From: the human T2T-CHM13v2.0 reference genome, Homo sapiens
Length of the DNA: 64,000 nucleotides
Assembly: GCF_009914755.1 (NCBI RefSeq)
Contig: NC_060925.1
Strand: one strand, 5' to 3'
Shown: positions 51,013-64,000 of the stretch, in pieces
How positions within the stretch are numbered: position 1 is the first letter of the stretch
Layout: each line of letters opens with the position of its first letter
Position numbers and translations under genes: made by a program
Notes under the pieces: generated by a model
Databases searched by the model: none
Seen by the model: the letters and a program-made list of their open reading frames with translations, nothing else
Told to the model about the DNA's origin: nothing

Positions 51013-51305
51013 GGGGAGTGATGGCAAGTGCCTGTAATCACGGATACTCAGGAGACTAGGGTGGCAGGACAGTTTGAGGCCAGGAGTTTGAGACCAGACT
51101 GAGCAATATAGGGAGAACCCCATGTCTAAAATATTAAAAAATAAAAAATAGCTGGGTGTGGCAGCACCTGTAGTTCCAGCTACTCAAAAGGCTGATGCAA
51201 AAGAATCTCTGGAGCCCAGGAGTTTGATGCTGCAGTAAGCTGTTATTGTAGTAACCACTGCACTCTAGACTGGGTGACAGAGCAAGACTCATCTCTAAAA
51301 AATAA
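51013..51305 (+). mobile_element. Very old dimeric Alu (AluJ; FLAM-like left arm)
   Basis: gcctgtaatcacggatactcaggag...tttgaggccaggagtttgagaccag; right arm gagcccaggagtttgatgctgcagt...ccactgcactctagactgggtgacagagcaagac. Confidence 0.85.
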
Positions 51306-51618
51306 CCATCAGTAATGTAATCAGTAATTGAAATTTCCCAACAAAAGAAAAGCCTGGACTTGATTTCTTTGCTGGTGAATTCCACCACACACTTAAAAGA
51401 GAACTAATAATGATTATTCTCAAACTTTTCCAGAAAGTTGAAAAGAAGGGAACACGTTCTATTTCTTTATATGAGGCCAACATTCCCCTGATATCAATGC
51501 CAGGTAAAGACATTATAAGAAAAGAAAACTACAGACTAATATTCTTGTGAATGTTGATGTGAAAATCCTCAAAAGAGTACTAGCAACGTGAATTCAGCAG
51601 CATGTTAAAAGGATTATA

Positions 51619-51880
51619 CAGCAGGTTCTCATTATAACATTGATTAGAAGGAAAAAAAATTAGTTCCTGACTGGGACCACTGTCTGTGGGAGTTTACACA
51701 TTCTCTCCAAATCTGAGTGGGATTTCTCTGGGTACTCTGCTTTCCCCCCACATCCCAAATATGTGCACATCACGTTAAATAGCATGTCTAAATTGTCCCA
51801 GTGTGAGTGTGTGTGTGTTGTGTGTGTGTTTGTGTGTGTGTGTATACACATGCACAAGTATGTATATGTGCCCCCTGCAT
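51619..51880 (+). mobile_element. MER6 (Tigger family) left portion
   Basis: TA|cagcagg start; gggaccactgtctgtgggagtttacacattctctcc...gggtactctgctttcccccacatcccaaatatgtgcac, followed by a TG-rich tract. Confidence 0.8.
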
Positions 51881-52680
51881 TTATAATCTCATAAAAAATC
51901 CTTGAGAATTAATTTAACCAAGGAGGTGAAAGACTTGTACATTAAAGACTACAAAATATTACTGAAATGAAGCAAACACAAATAAATGCAAGGATACCCC
52001 ATGTTCATGGGTTGTTAAGACTTAATATTGTTAAAATGTCCATACTACCAAAAGCAAATTTAATGCCATCCCTATAAAAAATCCCAGTGATTTTTTTTTG
52101 CAGAAATAGAAAAATCCATCCAACACTTCATATTAAATCTCAATGGACCCTAAATAGGCAAGGTAATATTGAAAAAAAAAAAAGAGCAAAGCTAGAGGTA
52201 TCACACTTTCTGATCTTAAAACTTACTACAAGTGTATAGTAATCAAAACAATGTGGTACTGGGATAAAGAAATACATATAGAAAAATGGAATAGGATAGA
52301 AAACTCAGAAATAAATCCTCACAGATTTGATTTTTGAGAAGGGTGCCAAAACTACTCAGTGGGGAAAGTTTTGAAACTTGGGAAAGTTTGAAGATTTGTC
52401 TTTTCAACAAATGGTGCTGGGAAACAAGAGATTCACATGGAAAAAAAGTGGTTAGATTTTTAGTGAACACCATATATAAAAATTAATTCAAAATGCATCA
52501 AATACCTAAATATAAGCTAAAACTATAAAACTCTCAGAAGAAAACATAGAGCAAAAATTTCACAACATTGGATTTGATGATGATTTCTTGGATATGCCAT
52601 CAAAGAACAGGAAATAAAGAAAAAATAGACAAATTAGACTTCATGAAAATTAAAAACTTTTGCACATTAATGGACATTAT

Positions 52681-53074
<394 letters not shown>

Positions 53075-53477
53075 TAAAGCTCAACGACAACAACCACAAC
53101 CTGATTCAAACATGGACAAAGGATTTCAATAGATATTTCTCTAAAGAAGATACATGAATGACCAATAGCACATTTTAAACTGCTTGATATCACTAATAAT
53201 TAGGTAAGTACAAATCAAAACCACAAGATGCCACCTTGTATCCATTAGAATAGCCCACTGTAAAAAAACAAAAACAAACAAACAAACAAACAAAAAACAG
53301 AAAATAACAAGTGTTGGTGAGAATGTGGAGAAATTAGAACTTTTGTGCACTTTTGGAGGGAATGTAACACAATACAGCCACTGTGGAAATTTTTAACACT
53401 TCTTCAAAAGATTAAAAATAGAATTACCATATGATTAAGCAATTCTATTTCTGGGTATATATACCGAGGAATTAAAT

Positions 53478-53579
53478 GTCAGAACTCAAACGTATATTTG
53501 AGTTTCTGTTCGTCAGAACTGAAACATATATTTGAGTTTCTGTTCGTCGGAACTCAAACCTATATTTGAGTCCCTGTTC
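53478..53579. repeat. 34-bp tandem triplication with internal hairpin, inside L1MB
   Basis: gtcagaactcaaacgtatatttgagtttctgttc; copies start at 53478, 53512 and 53546. Confidence 0.95.
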
Positions 53580-53687
53580 ATATCAGCATCATTCACAATG
53601 GCTAAAATGTGGAAGCAACCCAAGTGTTTCTTGACAGAAGAATGGATAAGCAAAATGTCTTGTGTATCTGTATAATACACACACATG

Positions 53688-53718
<31 letters not shown>

Positions 53719-54862
53719 CACACAATGGAATATTACTAGGCCTTAAAAGGCGAGGAAATTCAGTTCTGGAATATGCTACTACATGGATGAACCTTGAAGA
53801 CATGTTTAGTGAAATGAGCAATTGAAAAAAAAATTCTGTATGATTACACTTAAATGAGGTAACTAGAGTATCAAAATCATAGAGAGAATAGAATGGTTGT
53901 TTCAAGGTTTGTGGGGAGGGGGAATAAGGAGTTGTTTAATGTGTATAGAGTTTCAGTTTTGTGAGATGAAAAGAGTTCTGGAGATGGATGGTGGTGATGG
54001 TTGCTCAATAATATGAATGTACTGGTGAACTGCACACCTAACAATGACTGAGATGGTAAATTTTATGTTACACATATTTTACCAAAATCTTTTTAAATGG
54101 GAAAAAATGCATGCTATATACCTAAGTGAAATGCTACTTCACATCTTCCAGGGCTGCCTGTTCACTAGTTCTCCATCCATCTGGTTTTCTTTCCAATTTG
54201 GAGGGTGTAGAGTGTGAATTCTCACAACTATATCTGTTCAACTTCTATCTTCAGTATTGCTTATAATGTTTGGAGCAGAAAAGATGCACCATTCAGCCTG
54301 CTGTACTGAATCTTCTGTATCTTCCCTTGGCCACCACCTTTTGATTCTTAGTTTAACTTTCTTATCCTTCTTGTTGTTGGCTGTTCTTGGTGATGATGAT
54401 GATTTCGTTGGCTATTTTCAAATTTTTTGTTTGTTATTTTTATTGCATTTATTGTGTATTCTGGAAAATAAAAATCCTGATCTAGTTTTATTCTGTCTTC
54501 TTAACCCAGAAATATCTCTCAATATTTAAATCAAAATGTTTTTATTATAATAAAGCCTATTCCTCTTGGCTACTTTCCTTACCTATCTTAAAGGCATGTG
54601 TATTATGAGTGTTCCTTATTATTTAATCTTTGGGTAGGCCCTTAATCACTAGAAAAATATTGTATTTAGATTGTTAGTTCTATGTTTTGGCTCTTCAAAT
54701 ATGCCATCTAGGGAAGTCACTTAACTGAATTTTGTTTTCTCATAAGCAATAAAGAAATATCTGTTTTACTCACGTGATATATTTTTGAAAGTATCAAGTG
54801 AGATACTCTAAATGGAACTGCTTTGTAGATTCTCAAACATTATACAGGGTACAGGAATCGTT

Positions 54863-54904
54863 ATGATGATGATTCTATGATGATGATGATGATGATGATG
54901 ATGA
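54863..54904. repeat. (GAT)n trinucleotide repeat
   Basis: Direct reading. Confidence 0.9.
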
Positions 54905-55457
54905 ATTGTTTTTCAGTTAATAGGGAAATGAAAAAGCTCAACAGAAAACATTAAACTCTCTCAACAGTTTGGCTTGTTGACATTCATGGTGACAGTTATT
55001 GTCCCATGGATGTCCAAAGGGTTGAGGGCTCTCCTTTTATTAAAACAAGGGCAAGGCCTGGTAGAAGCATAAGAAACTAATTCGAAAACCAAGGTGCCTG
55101 CATTTGCAAAAAGCAAAGCCACAGTTCATTTTCAATTAAATTATTTTTAGTCTTATGCAATAACCAAATGCAGTTAGGTCATACGTTATGGAGAAAAGAA
55201 AAATGCAGCATCACTTGTGTTATTTTTAGTGCCAGTGGAGCAACTGAATACAAAGCACCATTTTACTTTTTTCCTAGTTTTTTTCCTGTGAGTTGATTTT
55301 CACATAAGAAAAGAAACGCGGCTATCTTTCATATGCATCTTATATTTTCCCAAGTTTCTAGGCTTGTACCAAGGCAGAGTTCCATCCATATTCCATGGCA
55401 TTCCATCCTGACAACTTCTGTGACAGGAAAATCTAGGGTACTTTGTAAAATATTGAA

Positions 55458-55962
55458 GGTGTATATGTACCACATTTTCTTTATCCAGTCTATTACTGAT
55501 GGTCATTTAGGTTGATTCCATGTCTTTGCTATTGTGAATAGTACTCTAATGAACATATGAAAATACTATGCAGACATAAGAAGGAATGAGATCATGTCCT
55601 TTGAAGGGATGTGGATAGAGCTGGAGGTCATTATCTTTAGCAAACTAACTCAAGAACAGAAAACCAAATACCGCGTGTTCTCACTTATAAGTGGGAGCTG
55701 AATGATGATAACACATGGACATATCGTTGGGGGAACAACACGCACTGGGGCCTGTTGGAGGGTGGAGGGTGGGAGGAGGGAGAGGATCAGAAAGAATAGT
55801 TAATGGATGCTGGGCTTAATACCTGGGTGATGGGATGATCTGTGTAGCAAACCACTATGGCACAATTTTACCTATGTAACAAACTTGCACATCCTGCACA
55901 TGTACTCCTGAACTTAAAATAAAAGTTGGAAATTAAAAATAAAAAACAAATACAAATTTCAT
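55458..55962 (+). mobile_element. Short L1 (L1PA15/16-like) with 5' inversion (inverted about 55458-55559, sense from about 55560)
   Basis: Antisense gtatatgtaccacattttctttatccagtc abuts sense aatactatgcagacataagaaggaatgagatcatgtcc, then 3'UTR and A-rich tail; degenerate TSD gtaaaatattgaagg/gtaaaaaaattgatgg. Confidence 0.88.
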
Positions 55963-56389
55963 AGTAAAAAAATTGATGGCAATTTCCTTAAAAAATTGAA
56001 ACTAGCTTTTCATAGCATTGTTGAACATTCAAAAGACAGTGGATAAATGTCAACCTCCTGGAATGCTATAGAAGACAGGATTTTCTAGTTGCACTTTTGA
56101 GTATGGAATTATGACTCCACTTACTAAGTATCTTTGGCAAATTTCAGTTTCCTATTCTATGAATGGGAAGCATAATAGAACCCATCGCATAGGGTTATTG
56201 TGAATATTCAATGTGTTAATAGGTCCAAGTAACTTAATAAGACCATGGTGCCTAATCAGCATTCAGTCAATGATATTGATGATAACGAGACCATAATGAT
56301 GGTGTTTAGGCTTCATTTACTTTTCTACTGACTTATTCTACAAACATTTTCCTGGGTGATTTCTGTGTGTCAAACATGAGATCAGACAT

Positions 56390-57062
56390 CCTTGGCTCTC
56401 AACCTCCTACCACCATGTGTGAGCTACATAATTTCTAATATCCTTCCACCAATCCTTTTAAAAATATATATATCTGTGTTTTTCCTGCAGTGTTTCCAGA
56501 GACTCTTAGTGGTCTCCTCAATTCTAGTCTAACCTCTTCCAGTACACATTCTGCTCTGATGTAAGAGAGATCATTCTAAATCAAGTTGCATTCTGTCTCT
56601 TTCCTTGTATTTTCAGTGGCTTTACCTCATTTGTGTTAAAATACAAACTCTTAGCATGATATCTATATCTGTCCAGGATCTATTACTGACTCTTTCCAGT
56701 TCTGTTTCTGACTGCATTTCCTTACATATATCCTACCCTGTGAACTCTATTGAAATAACTTTTTGAAATGTGCAGTGTAGTCTAATTCCCCAGTGTTTAT
56801 GAGGACTAGCCTTCTTGCCTGGAAATCTCTTTCTTGAGCACAATCCATTTTAACACTAAGTTAGCATTCTCCCCTATGGGCCCTCCCAATCATGCAGCTC
56901 GGATCTGAGAATGGATAAAGTTTTGTTGGGTAAATTTGCTTTTCAGTCTCCCCCGTTTGATTGCAAGTTATTTGAAGTCTGTAACTTTGACTGACACAGA
57001 GAAGGTGATTTTTAAAAAAATGCTTTGTTAAATGAATTACTGAGTAAAGAAATGAATAAAAT
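56390..57062 (+). mobile_element. L2 LINE remnant
   Basis: cagtggctttacctcatttgtgttaaaatacaaactcttagcatg; 3' end aaatgctttgttaaatgaattactgagtaaagaaatgaat. Confidence 0.55.
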
Positions 57063-59057
57063 ATCATCTTTGTTCATTCAGAATTTATAATATGGTACAT
57101 AGCATCTGTACACAATGTATTAATATTAGGTGTATTAAAAAGTTAATTTTAAATACAAAAAAATTAACTATGAAGAGAAGTCTTCAAATAGAGAACATAC
57201 TTTAGAAAAGCCAGTCTCAGCAATTGAAAATCTGAGACTGACAATAGGAAGTCTTCAATCCCGATCCATAGTATCTGACACTTTGCTCAACCTGGCTTTC
57301 ACTCTGTTTTTAGAATCCATCTCATTTTCCCTCATCTTCCCTTGCTGGCTTGGGTATCGCATCACTTGGACTGCGAGAGTGTGATAAACTTGTTACTACT
57401 CAGAAAGAAACTGCCCTTAAGACCTTAATTTGTAAAATTCTGTTGGAAAAGTATTACAAACAATGACGATTCAAATGTGAAGCTTTTCTGTCTTTATATT
57501 AACCATATCAGATGACTATACGAATATCATGAAGACATCATTAGATGACAGATAGATTGATATATAATACAGTATAGAAATGGGCACACAGACATATATA
57601 TATATAATTGAAATAATTTTTGTTGACAGATGAGTAATAGGCTTAAAATAAAATCATAATTCATTAGGTAATTTTGGTAAGATTCTCTGCTGACTGCCAA
57701 ATTGTTCATAAAATTTCTACTGGGATGAATTACTTAATACACTACTTTACATCAACTACACAATTTCTATTCTTTTCCAAATGTTTAATAGTTTTTTAAA
57801 ATGTAGTTTTTCAAAAGAATATTTTTTCATAGTTTACATTTTCTGTATTCTATGCCTTTGAACTTTTATACATGCTAGATATTAAGCCAATAGAAGCATG
57901 TGTATTTTAAAATAAATTAATTTATTGTCTGTTTCTTTTGCCTCCATTCAGCAGGGCTAGAATTGCATAATATTTTCTTTACCAAAGCCTGTGAATTACC
58001 ACCTGATGAGTACTGTGTGTCTCATCAGTAAGGTAGATTAACCTTGCTAAAGTAAAGCTCAGTTCTCTCATTTGTAAAATGAGTAAATAGTGTATAACAC
58101 ATAGTGTTCATTTTAAGACATAATAATATAATCCACATGAAATTCTGAGCACAGACCTAAGATTGAAATAAAACCATAAAAACAAAAGAGAAAAAAATAA
58201 AAAAGAAATGGTGACTACTGCTCTCTTTAAGCAAATAAGTTGGTTCCAATCACTTCAGCCATTTTGCTGTTTACTTGGGAGAAATTATGTAAATGAAAAT
58301 AAGTAGATATTTACATCTTAGAGTTATGGGTGGATGATTACTAAGGGATGGTCTAGTGACTTCTCTACATAATTTTTAAGGTTGTCTCTAAAAGGGCTGC
58401 CTGTTGGCCTGGCAGCTTAATCATCAAAGACATAATTAGGTGTGAAGACAGCCAAAGATAAGCCAAAGATAAGTAGAAGGGATGCATCTCTGTCACTGGG
58501 AAGATTGGAAATAGTACATGTCACAAACCTGGAAGAAAGTTGGCCCTGTTACAACCATCTCTGACCTTCTTACTTGGTCTGTTCTATGAATGACAGATTT
58601 ATATGTAGATATCAAAATAGCATATGTTTGAGTGACAAAGTAGATCTCAAGACCAACTCAAGAGGGGGCACAACTTGGACTGGTTGGTGAAGGGATTCAG
58701 AGCAGGATGAAGTCAATGTACTTAAATAAGTGCACAGAAATGGATCAAATCAGTCAGTATAAAGTGGGATAGCCTGCAGCTTGACAGTACATTAGAACAG
58801 ATGTAAAAGTGCATTTTTTTTTAAAGATCAACGGTGATTGTTTAGTCAGGTACAGTGTTTGTATTAACCAAAGAACAGCCCTGCCTGCGTAACTACTATG
58901 AATTGGATTACATGAAACCTAGCCATTAAGTCTTGATTTGTTATGCATGTGAGCAGGACAGACAGACAGATGTTGTGCTAAAAAATGGGTAGTTTTCAAC
59001 CAACAAATACTTTATCTCCAAAATACGAATGTCTTCTTTGTACATCCTATTAATTCT

Positions 59058-60250
59058 ACCATTTATCAAACATATTTATAGGGTGCCTGCTAGCTGTTAA
59101 ACTTTATTTTTTTTATTTTTATATTTTTTAAATGGGTCTTGGGGCTCAGAGATGATAAAGGTAGGGTCCCTGTTCTGAAGGATTTCAAGGTCATGTTAGG
59201 GTGTTAAATTTGTAAAAAGACAATTTTAATATAAAGGAGTGAGTGCAATGATTGAAACATCTCTAGATGCTCAGGAAGTGCAAAGAGGAAACTCCAGGTT
59301 CATCCGTGGAGAATCAGAACAAGTTTCAGAAATAAATTTTGAGTTTTAGAGAGAGTTAAGAGTTAATGAAGTCAAACAGAGGGAGGCATTTAGGCAGAGA
59401 GGACACCATGAGCAAAATCAAAGTGTCATGCATTATATACACACGGAAAATGTTTCTTGTGTGAACATAAAATAAGAGATAAGTGATAGGTTAGAAGCAA
59501 GTATCTTAGACAATCTTAAAAGGCCTTGTAAATTTAGTTAAAAATTTGGAAATTATACTCTAGGAATAAGAAATCATTAGAGGTTTTCAAGATGGGCTTT
59601 GCATTTTAGAAACAGCATTTTGGAGATGAAGATGTGAGCAATTCATTTGAGGAAGAAAATACCAGTGGCCATTATATCGATGCAGGTGAGAGATGGTAAG
59701 AAACAAAACCCTGGTAGGGGAAATAGAACTGCATAGGAAAGTTCTGACTTAAAAGAGATTTAGGTGATATAATCTGGAGGAACTTAGTGATTTATTAGAT
59801 GTTAGGGATGAGAGCAAGACAGAAGTGTGCATGACTCTCAGTTTCTAGCTTTAGGGATCAATTGATCACTTCTGTAATTGCTTACTCTGTATATTCTACA
59901 TGCAACAAGCTTCATGGGGGCAGGGAATAGATCTACACATCCCTTGCTATATTTACAACATTTTGTATAATTTCTAGCACATATGAATGCTCTATAAATG
60001 CTTGTTGAATTAATGAATAATAGAAGATGTGGGAAGATGAGATGGTTTAGAAGGGAGGATGATGAATTCCATATTGAGCCTGTTAGGTTGGAAATTCTTG
60101 TAAAACATGCAGATGGAGATAACCAGCAGATGTGTGTGTGTGTGCGTGCGCGCACGCGTGCATGCATGTGCGTACATGCTCGTGTGTGTGTGAAATCAGC
60201 AGACCAGCAGAGATGATCAGGTTGGGGATTATGGAAATTCCCTGCCTAGT
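59058..60250 (-). mobile_element. L2 LINE remnant
   Basis: catttatcaaacatatttatagggtgcctgct...tgcattttagaaacagcattttgg...gcaggtgagagatggt...gactctcagtttctagctt. Confidence 0.6.
60130..60192. repeat. Mixed (TG)/(CG) alternating purine-pyrimidine tract
   Basis: tgtgtgtgtgtgtgcgtgcgcgcacgcgtgcatgcatgtgcgtacatgc. Confidence 0.85.
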
Positions 60251-61866
60251 GAGTAGATGCCTTTTACGTAGGTGGTTCTCTTTTTTATTGATGATCAGCT
60301 GAGTGCATTTCCCGGTCAATTTATTTTTTGCACTTGATTCATGGCTGAACAGAAATACTCCTTTAGTATTTGTGCTAAATGACATTTTCAACTATACGGT
60401 ATTTGATTCCTGCAATTTAAAAAATGCACAGTCTAGGGAATAAGCCTGAGTTCCAGAGGTTTGGACATGAATTTTAATTTAGCTAGGAAATCTATAGATT
60501 AATCCTGAAAAAAAAGAGAGCAAGAGAGAGATACTCCACCAAATAGGTGAGGAAAAACAAGTCAAAATGTAAAATAATTGAATTAGGAAATTGACCAAGA
60601 CTAAAGACTTCATGTTAAATGCTAATTTGAGATATTTGAGACCGTAGCATCTTGGCAAAAAACACCCAACATTACCAAATCCTGAATTTGAAACAATGAG
60701 GCTACAGAATCAGGTATGAGCTAAGGCTGAGGTCAATATCAAAGAATTTTCATCCTCAGTGCTAACTCCACTTAACTGACAGTGGCTGTAATTGATTAGT
60801 GATGTCTGGCATGGGTATGGGAAAGGGATTGATAATACTTGAGCCAGGTATTTGCCATTATTGATCTAGACAAAAAGCATATGAATATGAATAAAAGAAA
60901 ATGAGCCACTGAAGGTCAGGAACCCTAAAAGTCATTTGATGCTGGAATTCACTTCACAATAAATATGCCAGGGGGACCTCCACTGAAGTCCTCTGAAGAT
61001 AGACACTCTACTCTTAAAATACTGATTTCATTTTTGAAAATCTCTGGCTGTTAGAAATTTCTTTGTAAAAATTAAAGTGAAAGCAGGCCTCTTTTAACTG
61101 CTATTCATTGTCTCAAGTTCTACTTTTCAAGGTGATATAAAGTAAGCTTAATATTTAAAATAAAATAATATACACAAGAATATGCCTAGAGATAATGGAA
61201 TTATCTGACTTTTCCACTCATTAGAAAAAATCAATTATTTAACCTAAGTGATGCTATGTTAACTATGTAATCAGATGCCACAGAGTCTTACCTCCTGCTT
61301 CCTAGTTGGCCAATGTCAATACTTTTTGGGAAATATTTATTTCTATTTTTAGACATGTCTATTTAAAGCATTCCTGGGGCCTCCCTCATTTTTTAATTTA
61401 AGTTTTTTTTTTAACCAATCCACAAACATTTATGTGGGACTTACTATGTGTTCAGTATTGGGCTTATACTTTAAAGAAATACCACTGATTGTTTCTGCCT
61501 TCATGAAGCTTTTCCTGTACCAGGTAGTGATACCACTGACTCTTCCCTTACATGGGGCATTTCTAATCAATGGTCTTTCTTTACAGAAAGGAGGTTCCTA
61601 ACTTATAAGGCCTAAGGGAGTTGTCCTCATAAAAGGCCCTGAGAAGTTGTCCTATTCCTATTTATAGTCAATCTGTTGATCCAAGGGTATAGCCTTGTTT
61701 CTTCTCCTGTTCATTTTTCTTTAACACCCACAAAAACTTAAAATTTCTCTTCAATGCCACAGTAACAAGAGCTCTTTTAAAAATCATATCAAAATGCTTT
61801 ATTTACATTAGTAGAGAAATTTCCATTACAAAACAAAAACTAACATGATAGATTATTTCAAAATAG

Positions 61867-64000
<2,134 letters not shown>

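Noticed and set aside
53478-53579. CRISPR-like palindromic 34-bp repeats
   Set aside because: No spacers, no cas genes, human L1 context; this is a tandem repeat.

Overview
Human genomic DNA: AT-rich, CpG-depleted, and carrying a human-specific AluYb8 and a pre-Ta L1HS. It is most likely deep intronic or intergenic. I cannot name the locus and see no credible protein-coding exon, RNA gene, CpG island or CRISPR array. The recognisable ORFs in the track are L1 ORF2 fragments, Alu/L2/LTR read-through or microsatellite translations. The window is a layered record of transposons: L1HS, L1PA3, L1PA7, L1PA15/16-like, old L1M/L1MB, L2, MIR, Alu J/S/Y, MaLR and ERVL LTRs, and MER20, MER3, MER5A, MER44A, MER6 and a MER63-like element. 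The most notable items are a twin-primed 5'-inverted pre-Ta L1HS with a perfect 18-bp TSD, an AluYb8, a nested inverted-repeat/palindrome structure at 9.8-10.4 kb, a hairpin-forming 34-bp triplication, a locally templated 25-bp insertion and a MER6 with a deletion junction. I found no new biological system that the sequence alone supports. Repeat subfamily names come from my recall of consensus sequences, not from a database search, and boundaries of old elements are approximate.
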